Source: a bacterium (GTDB lineage: Bacteria; Bacteroidota; Ignavibacteria; Kapaibacteriales; UBA2268). From it: a stretch of DNA of 64,000 nucleotides. Every line of letters begins with the position of its first letter. The first letter of the stretch is position 1. The notes below the pieces were generated by a model that made no database searches, was not told the origin of the DNA, and worked only from the letters and a program-made list of their open reading frames with translations. Made by a program: the position numbers and the translations under genes. The stretch spans positions 133,366 through 197,365 of the forward strand of contig JAUIIX010000001.1 of NCBI GenBank assembly GCA_030431515.1, read 5' to 3'. Positions 49,013 through 59,422 of the stretch are shown in pieces.

Positions 49013-50458
49013 ATGAAAATTATAGATAGATACACTTTACGCTTTTTATTTGGTCCATTTATCTTCGGAACTCTGCTCGTAGTCTTCCTTTTCCTTATGC
49101 AGTTCCTTATGCAAAAACTTGATGATTTAGTTGGAAAAGGTCTGGATAATGTACTAATATTACAACTAATAGGATTAAATTTGCCTTGGATGATAGTTTT
49201 AGCTATTCCTATGGGTACTTTATTTGGGTCTTTAATGGCATTTGGAAATATGTCATCTCACCACGAAGTTACAGTTGTAAAAGCAAGTGGAAGTGGATTA
49301 ATAAGAATGATGCGACCAATAATAGCATTTGGTATAATATTAATGTTCGGACTTTACTGGTTTAATAATGTAGTATTACCAGAATCTAATCACCAAGCTA
49401 AAACACTATTGAATGATATTAAACGAAAAAAACCTACTTTCTTAATGGAGTCTGGAAAATTTTCCTCTGATTTAGATGGGTTTACAATATTATCTCGTAA
49501 AGTTGATTCTACATCTGGAGCATTGAATAATGTAACAATTTACGATAAAACTAATGTAAGGTCAAGTAATATAATTTCTGCAGATTCTGGTTATATCAAG
49601 TTCAGTTCAGATTATAGCAAATTAATTATTGAGTTATTTGATGGAGAAATTCATCAAATGGAGTTTAATAATGCAAGAGAATATAAACTTATTAATTTTA
49701 AACAGCACACTATTTATCAAGATGTAACAGGATTTTCATTAGAAAGATCAGAAGAAGACGTATTCCAAAGGGGTAATCGTGAAATGGGAATCGCCGATAT
49801 GGAAGTAGTTCAAAAAGAACTATTTTTGGCAGCAGGTGAAAGAAGAAAGGCAATAAACAAATATGTAAACAATCATTTAGATTATTTATTTAACAAAAAA
49901 GTAGATACAATTCCAGAAAATTCAATCATTAATGCTGGCGACCAAATATCTGGGAATCTTGACGTAAATACTTTACTTCAAAGAAGAGTTATCGAAACTA
50001 AATCAAATGAATTGTCGGAAAAAAATGCAAAGAAAATTAGAACTTTTAATATTCTTGATAATAAGTTAAATCACTTGATAAACATAACTAAAAATGAAAT
50101 TGAACGTGAAAAAAGTAATATCTTAAAAGCAGGTGAATTTGAAGTTGAAATACAAAAAAAATATTCAATTCCAGTTGCATGTTTACTATTTGTTTTTGTT
50201 GGCTGTCCACTCGGAGTACTCACAAAAGGAGGTAACTTTGGGATGAGTGCAGCAATATCACTTGGTTTTTATATACTATATTGGATATTCCTATTAGGTG
50301 GTGAAAAATTAGCTGATAGAGGGCTAATAATGCCTGAAATTAGTATGTGGTTAGGTAACATAGTTATTGGAATCATAGGTATCTTTCTCACATTAAGAGT
50401 AAGCAATGAATCCCTCAATTTTTTAAATCTATTTAAAGCATTTCGTTCGAAAAAATAG
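49013..50458 (+). CDS. LptF/LptG-family (YjgP/YjgQ) LPS export permease
   Basis: MKIIDRYTLRFLFGPFIFGTLLVVFLFLMQ is the typical family start, followed by a large periplasmic insert and C-terminal TMs. The track start at 48845 is antisense to secG and is rejected. Confidence 0.8.
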   Translation: MKIIDRYTLRFLFGPFIFGTLLVVFLFLMQFLMQKLDDLVGKGLDNVLILQLIGLNLPWMIVLAIPMGTLFGSLMAFGNMSSHHEVTVVKASGSGLIRMMRPIIAFGIILMFGLYWFNNVVLPESNHQAKTLLNDIKRKKPTFLMESGKFSSDLDGFTILSRKVDSTSGALNNVTIYDKTNVRSSNIISADSGYIKFSSDYSKLIIELFDGEIHQMEFNNAREYKLINFKQHTIYQDVTGFSLERSEEDVFQRGNREMGIADMEVVQKELFLAAGERRKAINKYVNNHLDYLFNKKVDTIPENSIINAGDQISGNLDVNTLLQRRVIETKSNELSEKNAKKIRTFNILDNKLNHLINITKNEIEREKSNILKAGEFEVEIQKKYSIPVACLLFVFVGCPLGVLTKGGNFGMSAAISLGFYILYWIFLLGGEKLADRGLIMPEISMWLGNIVIGIIGIFLTLRVSNESLNFLNLFKAFRSKK

Positions 50459-50512
50459 ATTGATTTAGAGATAATAAATTTATCTACTTTGATTTTCATA
50501 GAATTTTTTCAT

Positions 50513-50545
50513 TTTGAGGATTTTATTTTTCTTTACTTATATTTG
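50513..50545 (+). promoter_or_regulatory. Candidate promoter of glgA (TTTG-N21-TATATTTG)
   Basis: TTTG 50513..50516, 21-nt spacer, TATATTTG 50538..50545, 29 nt upstream of the ATG at 50574. Confidence 0.35.
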
Positions 50546-50573
50546 TAAATATGAAAATGTCGGATTTAAAAAA

Positions 50574-52040
50574 ATGAATATTATAATTAATGCTTTTGAA
50601 GTATCGCCTTTTGCTAAAACTGGTGGTCTTGCTGATGTAACTTATTCTCTTGCCTCGGAGTTTGATGCTTTAGGTCATAATGTTATTGTTATTATGCCTA
50701 AATTAAAATCAATTAATATTGCAAGTCATAATTTTCAAAAGTTGGATTACAAACTCGAAATTCAGATGGGTTTTTCTACTGAATTTGCTGCAATATGGGA
50801 AGGTGTTGTTCCTAATTCTAAAGCTAAAGTTTATCTTGTTGAACATGACGAGTATTATAGTCGTGATTCTATTTATGGCTCACCTGAAGAATACATGGAT
50901 AACGATAGAAGATTTATTTTTCTTTCGAGAGCAGTTTTTGAAGTAGCTAAAGTGCTTGATTTTACTCCAGATGTTATTCATGCCCATGATTATCATACAG
51001 CTTTTACTTTAGCATTTTTAAAATCATTTTATAGATTAGAAGAGAGATTCTCTAAATGTGCAGGAGTATTTACTATTCATAATTTATCCTTTCAAGGTAA
51101 ATATAACCCATATAGAGTTATGGACTTCTCCTCTTTTGGAATGAAAGAATTTTATGAAGGATCTTGGTTTGAAAAAGACGGCGTAGTTAATTGTATGAAA
51201 GTTGGGATTATGTTCGCAGATAAAATTACAACTGTATCGCCTAATTATTCAAATGAAATTAGAATGGCATATTATTCTGAGGGCTTACAAAATGAATTGA
51301 ATGAACGTGGTGGAGATATTATCGGTGTCCTTAATGGTGTTTATTATCCTGATTGGAATCCTACAAGTGATAAATTAATTGCACATAATTATACTCCTGA
51401 TACTATTGAAATTAAGAAACAAAATAAATATGATTTCCTGAAATCTTATGGATTGAATGAATCAGATAATCTTGATATGCCTCTTTTTGGTATGGTCTCT
51501 CGTTTGACAGAACAAAAAGGTATTGATATTATTAAAGAAAAATTAGATTATTATTTAGGTAATAAAAACATCAGATTTTTATTACTTGGTTCTGGTCAAC
51601 AAGACTATGTTGAGTTTTTTAATTATTTAAAATGGAAATATCCGAAGAATGCTTTTATTAATATTGGCTATGACGAAGCTTTAGCTCATAGAATATTTGC
51701 TTCCTCTGACTTTATTATGGTTCCTTCTCGATTTGAGCCATGTGGTTTAACTCAAATGTATGCTCTTAAGTATGGGACAATTCCTTTAGTTAGGGCAACA
51801 GGTGGTCTGGTTGATACTGTTAGCGAGTATAACACTGAAACTATGGAAGGCACTGGTTTTGTATTTAATAATTTCCACAAAGATGATTTTGCTTATGCTT
51901 TGGAACGTGCTTTATCAGTATATGCCAGCCCAAAAGATTGGGAAAAGTTGAAACAAAATGCAATGAAAGAAGATTTTTCTTCTGTTAGGCAGGCAGTGGA
52001 TTATATTGAAGTATTTAAGTGGGCTTTAGAAAAAACATAA
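50574..52040 (+). CDS. glgA: Glycogen synthase (ADP/UDP-glucose type, GT5)
   Basis: MNIIINAFEVSPFAKTGGLADV..., HDYHTA, SRFEPCGLTQMYALKYGTIPLVRATGGLVDTV are canonical GlgA. ATG at 50574 preferred over the TTG at 50514. Confidence 0.92.
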   Translation: MNIIINAFEVSPFAKTGGLADVTYSLASEFDALGHNVIVIMPKLKSINIASHNFQKLDYKLEIQMGFSTEFAAIWEGVVPNSKAKVYLVEHDEYYSRDSIYGSPEEYMDNDRRFIFLSRAVFEVAKVLDFTPDVIHAHDYHTAFTLAFLKSFYRLEERFSKCAGVFTIHNLSFQGKYNPYRVMDFSSFGMKEFYEGSWFEKDGVVNCMKVGIMFADKITTVSPNYSNEIRMAYYSEGLQNELNERGGDIIGVLNGVYYPDWNPTSDKLIAHNYTPDTIEIKKQNKYDFLKSYGLNESDNLDMPLFGMVSRLTEQKGIDIIKEKLDYYLGNKNIRFLLLGSGQQDYVEFFNYLKWKYPKNAFINIGYDEALAHRIFASSDFIMVPSRFEPCGLTQMYALKYGTIPLVRATGGLVDTVSEYNTETMEGTGFVFNNFHKDDFAYALERALSVYASPKDWEKLKQNAMKEDFSSVRQAVDYIEVFKWALEKT

Positions 52041-52222
52041 TAATTTTATAGAATTATCTCTTGCTTTTGGCAATAAATTTGCTACCCTTATTTTATATTT
52101 AGGGTAATTTATTCGTATTAATTAAACGAAATTTTATTTAAATTCGTTAATTAAAAAGACAGATAATTATATAAGTATTATAAATACAATACCCTATTAA
52201 TTATACAATCAGAATAACAACT

Positions 52223-52822
52223 ATGAATTTATTAAGCCCATTTTTCAATCCAAAAAGAATTTCTATCCCGAAAATTTTTCATTCTACAATTGATAATAAG
52301 CCATTTGAAGAATGTATAATGTGCAAGAAGGGTTTGCATAGTAGCGAAACTCATTACTTTATTGAGAAAGCTGTTAGAAAATATCCAAATGGTCATACTG
52401 ATGCAATTTTTGAATATGCAATTTGTATGGAATGCTCTCTTGAAGTCAGAGATACTCTTTCTAAGGATTCGATGCAAAGAATTGATGAGTTTTTTTCGAA
52501 TAAACTTGACTTGATGAGTAGATGGAATAATTTTAACGAAGATGAGAATTTTAAATTTAATGATTGGATAAGCAATTGTATAGTTACTGGAAAATCAGTT
52601 GATGAGCTTGAAGAATATCAAATTTATGCTCATTGCGAAGGTCAGTATATGCTTTTTTCATTGATGCCATATATTATTTCATCGGAAGTAATTGAAGATG
52701 CTTATGCTTTACTATCCGAACAAACCAAAGATGAACTTGACGACTTTATGGACAAATATCTTGGTCCAGATCCTGAAATTAAAAAACTACTAAAAGACCA
52801 TAAACCAGTATTTATTTTTTAA
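52223..52822 (+). CDS. Hypothetical cytoplasmic protein with CxxC...CxxC motif
   Basis: ECIMCKK ... ICMECS about 35 residues apart suggests a zinc-ribbon-like site. No family recognised. Confidence 0.5.
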   Translation: MNLLSPFFNPKRISIPKIFHSTIDNKPFEECIMCKKGLHSSETHYFIEKAVRKYPNGHTDAIFEYAICMECSLEVRDTLSKDSMQRIDEFFSNKLDLMSRWNNFNEDENFKFNDWISNCIVTGKSVDELEEYQIYAHCEGQYMLFSLMPYIISSEVIEDAYALLSEQTKDELDDFMDKYLGPDPEIKKLLKDHKPVFIF

Positions 52823-52889
52823 ATATTATTAAAAAGTAGCAGTTTAAATTCTAAATGTTAAAATGTTTAGTGTTTTACTTTCCTATAAA

Positions 52890-52921
52890 TTTGAGTTTCA
52901 TTTAAAAATAAGTTAATTTTG
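52890..52921 (+). promoter_or_regulatory. Candidate promoter of ychF (TTTG-N20-TAATTTTG)
   Basis: TTTG 52890..52893, 20-nt spacer, TAATTTTG 52914..52921, 29 nt upstream of the ATG at 52950. Confidence 0.4.
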
Positions 52922-52949
52922 CAAATTATTTATTTAAAATTAGAACAGT

Positions 52950-54059
52950 ATGTCATTAAACTGCGGTATCGTTGGATTGCCTAATGTTGGTAAATCTACT
53001 CTTTTTCAAGCAATAACTTCTGCACCTGCTGAAGCTGCAAACTATCCTTTTTGTACAATAGAACCTAATGTAGGTATTGTAGAAGTACCTGATTCAAGAT
53101 TAAAAAAAATTACTGAATATATTAAACCACAAAAAACAATTCCTACGATTGTAGAATTTGTTGATATTGCTGGATTAGTTAGAGGGGCGTCTAAGGGTGA
53201 AGGGTTAGGAAATAAATTTTTAGGAAATATCAGACAAGTTGGAGCAATTGTCCACGTTGTTAGATGCTTTGATGATGATAATATTGTCCATGTGGAAGGT
53301 AGTATTGACCCTGCAAGAGATATTGATACTATTGAAACAGAACTTGCTTACGCAGATTACGAAACTGTATTAACTCGTATTGATAAAAATCAAAAGCATT
53401 TAAAATCTCAAGATAAAAAAGCGGCTGAAAAAGCTAAAGCTCAACAACCACTTTTAGAAAAATTGAGTGATGTTTTGGGTGCTGGTAAAGCGGCTCGTAC
53501 TTTAGGATTTGATGAAGAAGAATTAGAAATTGTAAAAGATTTACATTTAATCACTTTGAAAAAACAAGTTTATTGCTGTAATGTTGATGAAGATAGCATT
53601 AATAGTGAGAATGAATATGTTAAGCAAGTGAAAGAAATTGCAAAAGGAAATGGCTCTGAAGTTGTAGTTATATCTGCTCAAATGGAAGCAGAAATTTCTA
53701 AATTAGATTCTGCTGAAGAAAAAGCTGAGTTTTTGAGTGATTTAGGATTAGAAGAATCTGGACTTGATAAACTAATCAGAACTGGTTATAATTTACTTAA
53801 TTTAAAAACTTACTTTACTGCCGGTGAGAAAGAAGTTCGAGCGTGGACTTTCAAAGAAGGTTATACTGCTCCTCAAGCAGCGGGTGTAATTCACACTGAT
53901 TTTGAACGTGGATTTATCAAAGCTGAAGTTTATCATTGTGAAGATTTGTTTAAGTTTAAAACTGAACAAGCTATTAAAGAAAATGGTAAATTGAAAATAG
54001 AAGGTAAAGAATATATTGTTAAAGATGGTGATGTTTGTCATTTTAGGTTTAATGTATAA
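52950..54059 (+). CDS. ychF: Ribosome-binding ATPase YchF
   Basis: GIVGLPNVGKSTLFQAIT...ANYPFCTIEPNVG...VDIAGLVRGASKGEGLGNKFL...C-terminal TGS-like FIKAEV are canonical YchF. Confidence 0.95.
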   Translation: MSLNCGIVGLPNVGKSTLFQAITSAPAEAANYPFCTIEPNVGIVEVPDSRLKKITEYIKPQKTIPTIVEFVDIAGLVRGASKGEGLGNKFLGNIRQVGAIVHVVRCFDDDNIVHVEGSIDPARDIDTIETELAYADYETVLTRIDKNQKHLKSQDKKAAEKAKAQQPLLEKLSDVLGAGKAARTLGFDEEELEIVKDLHLITLKKQVYCCNVDEDSINSENEYVKQVKEIAKGNGSEVVVISAQMEAEISKLDSAEEKAEFLSDLGLEESGLDKLIRTGYNLLNLKTYFTAGEKEVRAWTFKEGYTAPQAAGVIHTDFERGFIKAEVYHCEDLFKFKTEQAIKENGKLKIEGKEYIVKDGDVCHFRFNV

Positions 54060-55240
54060 TGGCAGATTTAATCAATAGTAAAATTTGGCTATCAAGGCCT
54101 AAATTAGTCTGTGGAGTAATGACAGGTACTTCATTGGATTCTATTGATATTGCTTTTGCTAAATTTGATGTTGGTAAAAAAGGTGACCATGAATTTAAGT
54201 TTTTGGGTGGTAATGAATATAAGTTACATCCAAAATATGCTAAAACTGCTTTAAAATTAATAAATAAGAATACTCCAATTTCTGATTTTTCATTGTTCCA
54301 AGTTGCATATACCCACTTGATTAAAGGGGCTATCGAAAAAGCGGCTAAGGAATTTGAAATTAAAGAAGATATTGATGCAATTTCTGTTCATGGTCAAACT
54401 CTTTGGCATCAACCAGATAAAGATGAAATGTTTGACTTACAATTACCTCACACTCTTCAAGCTGTGTCAGCTTCAACTTTATCAACTTTATTAGAAATAC
54501 CGGTCGTATTTGATTTTAGGGCAGCAGATATTGCTTTAGGTGGCAATGGTGCACCACTAATTCCGATATTTGATTATAATTTCTTAAAAGACGAGAAAGA
54601 AGATGTAATTTGCTTGAATATTGGTGGAATTTCTAATATTACTTATATCCCAAAAAATTCTTCTGATGAAAATTTAGTTGCATTTGATACAGGAGTTGGG
54701 AATATTTTAATTGATAGTGCTATGTTGAAATATTATCGCAAAAAGTATGATAAAGATGGAAAAATAGCTAAGTCAGGTAAGCTAGATAAAGCTTTACTTG
54801 AATTATTATTAGATGACGAATATTATAAACAAGCACCTCCAAAATCAACTGGTAGAGAAAAATACAGCGATACTTATTTTAAGAAATTAGTTGATTTTAA
54901 AGAAAATAATGATATATCAGATGAAGATTTTATTGCTACTCTTACTCGATTTACTGCCAAAACAATAGCTATTGCTATTAATATGTTCACTAAAAATAAC
55001 GCTAAAATTATTGTGTCAGGTGGTGGAAGAAAAAACAAAGAAATAATTTTCGCATTAAAAAAAGAACTTCCTCAAAACAATGTAGTAATGATAGAAAGCA
55101 TAGGATTGAATGGAGATATGAAAGAAGCATTGGCTTTTGCATATATTGCTTGGAGAAGTATCGGTGGTATGTATAGTAATTTACCAGCAGCAACCGGTGC
55201 ATTTAGAAAAACTCGCCTTGGAGCAGTTTCTTTTAATTAA
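54059..55240 (+). CDS. anmK: Anhydro-N-acetylmuramic acid kinase
   Basis: GVMTGTSLDSIDIA, HGQTLWHQP, FRAADIALGGNGAPL, NIGGISN, GGGRKN match the AnmK family. TAATG overlap with ychF. Confidence 0.88.
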   Translation: MADLINSKIWLSRPKLVCGVMTGTSLDSIDIAFAKFDVGKKGDHEFKFLGGNEYKLHPKYAKTALKLINKNTPISDFSLFQVAYTHLIKGAIEKAAKEFEIKEDIDAISVHGQTLWHQPDKDEMFDLQLPHTLQAVSASTLSTLLEIPVVFDFRAADIALGGNGAPLIPIFDYNFLKDEKEDVICLNIGGISNITYIPKNSSDENLVAFDTGVGNILIDSAMLKYYRKKYDKDGKIAKSGKLDKALLELLLDDEYYKQAPPKSTGREKYSDTYFKKLVDFKENNDISDEDFIATLTRFTAKTIAIAINMFTKNNAKIIVSGGGRKNKEIIFALKKELPQNNVVMIESIGLNGDMKEALAFAYIAWRSIGGMYSNLPAATGAFRKTRLGAVSFN

Positions 55241-55251
55241 CTGAATATAAT

Positions 55252-55662
55252 TTAAACCATTAAGATAATTTCATTGGAATCATCATTATAATTTTGTTTC
55301 ATTTCGTCTAATGCTTCAGCCATTTTATTAATTACTTCTACTTCATTTTCAGAATATTTTGTCATATCAATTGCCCTTAATCTTAAAATAACTGCATCAA
55401 TATGTCCATTATGATCTAAGATATGTTTTACCAGCATAGGAAAAAAGTAAATAAATGCATCATCTGTAAAGTGTTGCCCGTCTAATAATATCATACTTGC
55501 TTTGAAGTAGTCTAATTCTTCTCTTCTAATTTTCTTATACTCAGCGATTATATCATCGTTAAAATTAGCAAAAGTCTCATCTTTTAAGATAAGATCTGGG
55601 CGACCATAGGAAATAAATGTCTCTATGAATTTATAAAATATATCGTTATATTTAATTACCAT
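55252..55662 (-). CDS. Hypothetical protein (136 aa)
   Basis: Clean ORF downstream of mgtE on the same strand. No motif recognised. Confidence 0.45.
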   Translation of the reverse strand: MVIKYNDIFYKFIETFISYGRPDLILKDETFANFNDDIIAEYKKIRREELDYFKASMILLDGQHFTDDAFIYFFPMLVKHILDHNGHIDAVILRLRAIDMTKYSENEVEVINKMAEALDEMKQNYNDDSNEIILMV

Positions 55663-55684
55663 TTACAAAATTAAGAAAAATTAG

Positions 55685-57040
55685 TTAAAAAGGTAAATTC
55701 ATAATAATAATTGCAATATTAAAATAAATGGAAATACCTGTTATATCTATCAAAGTAGTGATTAAAGGAGATGAAACCACAGCTGGATCTAAATTAAATT
55801 TTGTGATAATTATTGGAAGTAAACCACCTATTAAATTTGCCCAAATAAGTAAAATCACAACAGATAAACTCACAACTAAAGCCACTTCGTGATTTTCTAC
55901 ACCTTCCATTATACCCCTTAAATATGTAAATGCTCCAAGCACAGAACCCATCAAAATTCCAAGAATTAATTCTTTCATAAATACTTTTCGCCACATCTTT
56001 ACATTAATTTCACCTAATGCCAAACTTCTAATAATAAGAGTTGCAGATTGTGTCCCTGAGTTACCAGCAGCACCATTTAAAAGTGGTATAAAGCTGACTA
56101 ATGCCATCACACTTGCAATTACTGGTTCGTAATATGAAATAACAGCAGCAGTAATAAAATTAGCAAGTAATAGTGCAAACAACCATGGAAATCTTTTTAT
56201 AAATAATTTACCTATTGATGCTGATAAATAACTTTGATCAACTGGGTTCATACCCCCAATTTTTTGGAAATCTTCTGTTGCCTCTTCTTCAGATACATCA
56301 AATACATCATCAAATGTTACAATTCCTACTAAATTTCCGTCAGAATCTACTACTGGAAGAATGTATAAGTCATACTTTTCCATATATCTAACAGCTTCTT
56401 CTTGGTCGGCAAATGCAGAAATACTAACTACATTATAATCCATTAAATCAGATATTTTAGTATCTTCTTCGCTTAAAATTAATTCTTTTAATAGTATATC
56501 ATCTAATAGTCTTCCTTTCCCGTCAAGAACATAAACTCTATTTATTGTTTCAGAATGTTTGCCATATTTTCTAATTTGATTAAAGGCATCTTTCACTGTC
56601 CAGTTTTCTTTTATTCTAATAAAATCTGGTGTCATCAATCTACCAACACTTTCCTCCGGATAGCCAAGTAAAGTTCTTGCTTCTTTTAAATCCTGAGGAG
56701 AAAGCATATTCATTAAATCTAATGTTACTTTTGCAGGTAATTCAGAAAGTAAATCTGTTCTATCGTCTGGAGATAAATCTGCTAAAAGAAATTTTGTTTC
56801 ATTATCTGTTAAATTACTTAGTAATGCTTCTCTTTCTTCATATTCATATTCTGTAAAAACATCTGTAGCAAAATCTCTTGGTAATGCCCTAAATAGTAGA
56901 ACTCTATCTTTTTTATCAATGCTCAAAAGCAATTCGGCAACTTCCGAGGGGTGCCAACTCGTAACACCATCACGCAGTTCGACCCATCTTCGCTGTTCGA
57001 TTAGTTCTTCTATTTCTGGTTTCAAGAGTTCTTTAAGCAT
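55685..57040 (-). CDS. mgtE: Magnesium transporter MgtE
   Basis: N-domain (WHPSEVAELL), CBS pair, TM domain with PLLNGAAGNSGTQSATLIIR. ATG at 57040 (MLKELLKPEIEELIEQRRW) preferred over the track start at 57130. Confidence 0.92.
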   Translation of the reverse strand: MLKELLKPEIEELIEQRRWVELRDGVTSWHPSEVAELLLSIDKKDRVLLFRALPRDFATDVFTEYEYEEREALLSNLTDNETKFLLADLSPDDRTDLLSELPAKVTLDLMNMLSPQDLKEARTLLGYPEESVGRLMTPDFIRIKENWTVKDAFNQIRKYGKHSETINRVYVLDGKGRLLDDILLKELILSEEDTKISDLMDYNVVSISAFADQEEAVRYMEKYDLYILPVVDSDGNLVGIVTFDDVFDVSEEEATEDFQKIGGMNPVDQSYLSASIGKLFIKRFPWLFALLLANFITAAVISYYEPVIASVMALVSFIPLLNGAAGNSGTQSATLIIRSLALGEINVKMWRKVFMKELILGILMGSVLGAFTYLRGIMEGVENHEVALVVSLSVVILLIWANLIGGLLPIIITKFNLDPAVVSSPLITTLIDITGISIYFNIAIIIMNLPF

Positions 57041-57117
57041 ATATTTATCTTTTTTTTGTATTTTCAGAATTATAAAGTTAAGATATTTTATTTTTTTAAG
57101 CAAAATTATAATTTTTA

Positions 57118-57148
57118 TTTGGTTTATCAAATATTTTTCTTAATTTTG
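57118..57148 (+). promoter_or_regulatory. Candidate promoter of rpsT (TTTG-N19-TAATTTTG)
   Basis: TTTG 57118..57121, 19-nt spacer, TAATTTTG 57141..57148, 40 nt upstream of the ATG at 57188. A divergent TAATTTTG for mgtE sits on the minus strand at 57108..57101. Confidence 0.4.
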
Positions 57149-57187
57149 TAGTTCTTAAAAGAGAAATTCAAAAAATAAGGTTTTTAA

Positions 57188-57448
57188 ATGCCAAATCATA
57201 AGTCATGTCTTAAAAGAATTAGACAAACAAAGAAAAAAAATTATTACAATACAACTAATAAAAAATTAGTTAAAAAAGCTACAAGAACAGTTTTAGAATC
57301 AGAAAACCATGCTGATGCTATGGTTAATCTTAACAAAGCTTATTCTATCTTAGATAAAGTTGCTGCAAGAGGTGTTTATCATAAAAATACTGTGTCTAGA
57401 AAAAAATCTAGATTAAATGCTATTGTTAAGAAAATGATGGCTGCGTAA
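57188..57448 (+). CDS. rpsT: 30S ribosomal protein S20
   Basis: MPNHKSCLKRIRQTKKKN...NKAYSILDKVAARGVYHKNTVSRKKSRL is canonical S20. Confidence 0.92.
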   Translation: MPNHKSCLKRIRQTKKKNYYNTTNKKLVKKATRTVLESENHADAMVNLNKAYSILDKVAARGVYHKNTVSRKKSRLNAIVKKMMAA

Positions 57449-57472
57449 GCTTAAAAATTTCAACAATTTAAA

Positions 57473-57502
57473 GAATCTTCCTAACAAGGAAGGTTCTTTT
57501 TT
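57473..57502 (+). terminator. Rho-independent terminator after rpsT
   Basis: GAATCTTCC-TAACAA-GGAAGGTTC (9 bp, one G-U) followed by T6, 25 nt after the stop. Confidence 0.65.
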
Positions 57503-57580
57503 GCGTTTTAATACTTTATAAAATGAATATTTTAACTAAGTTTTTCTTAATTTAGTAGATATTCAATTAAAATTTCAAAT

Positions 57581-59422
57581 ATGAATTCCAAAGAAAATGA
57601 AAAAGTAAAACCCAAGATTGCCAAAAGAATTATATCTTTTGTTTTACCTTTTAAGAAAATATTAATTTTATCTTTTTTCTTAAATATTTTATTTTCGATT
57701 TTAACTGCAATTACCTTTCCCCTTTTCAAATTTGTTTTAGATCTTGTCTTTAATGAATCAATTCAAATAACACATTCTAATTCTTCTGATATATTTATTC
57801 AGTTCAAAGAATTTGTTTTTAATTCGATTATCTACATTATTAATGTTGAAGGTGATACCGAAGCTACTTTGCTTAATTTCGGATTACTTACTATATCAAT
57901 TTTTATTCTGAAAAACATTGTTAAGTTTTTTACAAATTTTGTTAGTGCTATTCTCCAACAAAATATTGTTAAATCAATCCGAGATAAAGTTTTTGCGAAA
58001 TTATCAAATATATCACTTGATTATTTCTCAAAATCTCGTCAAGGAAATATTATATCAATACTTACTAATGATGTAGAAGTATTAAATAACACTACAGTCT
58101 TAAATTCTCTAAATGTTGTTAGGGAATTTATTCAAGTTATTATTAATATGTTTTTCTTGCTTTCTATTTCGCCTTATTTAACAATGATTGCCTTTTCAAC
58201 AAGTATTTTCACTGTATTTATATTAAGAATTGCTCGTAAATACTTGCAAAGATATTCTAAAAGAATGCAACAATTTATGGCAGATTTTACTTCTACTTTG
58301 CAAGAAACTATTGCTGGTATTAAAGTTATTCAGGCATACAATGCAGAAGAAAAAGCAAATAATAAATTTTATAATGATACATCCAAATTCGTAAAAGCCG
58401 CTGTGAAACATAAAAATATGTTGTCTGTTGTGCCTGGCTTGAGTGAAATATTCGCTATTGCCGCACTTTGTACAGTTCTTGTAATTGGTGGTGGTTTAGT
58501 AATTAATAATCAAATAGAAGCATCAGAATTAATTACCTTTATATTATTACTTTTTGGTATAATGAGCCCAATTAACTCAATGGTAAATTCAATTGCAGGA
58601 TTCCAAAGAGGTTATGTTGCTGCCGAAAGAGTATTTGGTGTTATGGATGCTGAAAGTAAAGTAATTAGCGGAAAAATTCCTGTTAATTCTTTTAAAAATA
58701 ATATTATTATAAAAGATGTATCTTTTGCATATCAAGATGAAATTGTTTTAAAAGATGTTTCCTTGAGTATCGAAAAAGGTAAAAAAATCGCATTTGTTGG
58801 TGCATCAGGTTCAGGAAAATCTACTATTCTTGATTTGCTAATTAGATTTTATGACCCTCAAAAAGGTTCAATATCTTTAGATAATATAGAGATTGCAGAC
58901 TATAATTTGCAAGAATATAGAAATTTATTCAGCACAGTTTCACAAGAAACAGTATTATTTAATGATACAATATTTAATAATATGCTTTACGGAAACGAAA
59001 AAGCAAGTGAAGAAGAAGTAATTGCCTCACTTAAAACTGCTTACTGCTGGGATTTTGTTTCCAAATTGCCCGAAGGAATTCATACTAATATCGGCGATAG
59101 AGGTCTGACTTTATCAGGTGGTGAAAGACAAAGATTAGCAATTGCCCGTGCAATCCTCCGTAATCCAGACATACTTATTTTCGACGAAGCAACATCTGCA
59201 CTTGACTCAGAATCTGAAAAAATAGTACAAGATGCAATCAACAAATCACTTGAAAACCGAACAGCTATCATCGTAGCACATCGCCTTGCAACTATCATCG
59301 ACTGCGATACAATCCATGTATTTGACAAAGGTCGCATAGTCGAATCAGGCAGCCACAAAGAACTACTTGAACTAAACGGCGTTTACAAAAACCTATATAA
59401 TATACAGTTCAATTTTGTTTGA
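57581..59422 (+). CDS. ABC exporter, fused permease/ATPase (MsbA-like)
   Basis: Six-TM N-terminal half, Walker A GASGSGKST, signature LSGGERQR, Walker B ILIFDEATSALD, H-loop AHRL. Confidence 0.88.
   Translation: MNSKENEKVKPKIAKRIISFVLPFKKILILSFFLNILFSILTAITFPLFKFVLDLVFNESIQITHSNSSDIFIQFKEFVFNSIIYIINVEGDTEATLLNFGLLTISIFILKNIVKFFTNFVSAILQQNIVKSIRDKVFAKLSNISLDYFSKSRQGNIISILTNDVEVLNNTTVLNSLNVVREFIQVIINMFFLLSISPYLTMIAFSTSIFTVFILRIARKYLQRYSKRMQQFMADFTSTLQETIAGIKVIQAYNAEEKANNKFYNDTSKFVKAAVKHKNMLSVVPGLSEIFAIAALCTVLVIGGGLVINNQIEASELITFILLLFGIMSPINSMVNSIAGFQRGYVAAERVFGVMDAESKVISGKIPVNSFKNNIIIKDVSFAYQDEIVLKDVSLSIEKGKKIAFVGASGSGKSTILDLLIRFYDPQKGSISLDNIEIADYNLQEYRNLFSTVSQETVLFNDTIFNNMLYGNEKASEEEVIASLKTAYCWDFVSKLPEGIHTNIGDRGLTLSGGERQRLAIARAILRNPDILIFDEATSALDSESEKIVQDAINKSLENRTAIIVAHRLATIIDCDTIHVFDKGRIVESGSHKELLELNGVYKNLYNIQFNFV

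Noticed and set aside
50514-50573. TTG-initiated 20-codon extension of glgA
   Set aside because: It overlaps the candidate promoter boxes. The canonical GlgA N-terminus (MNIII..FEVSPFAKTGGLADV) begins at the ATG at 50574.
57041-57130. 30-codon extension of mgtE
   Set aside because: I/K-rich translation of the AT-rich divergent promoter region shared with rpsT. MgtE homologs begin near MLKELL....
57041-57187. M-box (Mg) riboswitch upstream of mgtE; likewise an FMN riboswitch upstream of ribH (47934..47941)
   Set aside because: The mgtE upstream spacer is only 147 nt, almost pure A/T, and shows none of the GC-containing conserved helices. ribH is 8 nt from the preceding gene, leaving no room for a leader.
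57547-57729. 60-aa minus-strand ORF overlapping the start of the MsbA-like gene
   Set aside because: Antisense shadow ORF with no signals.
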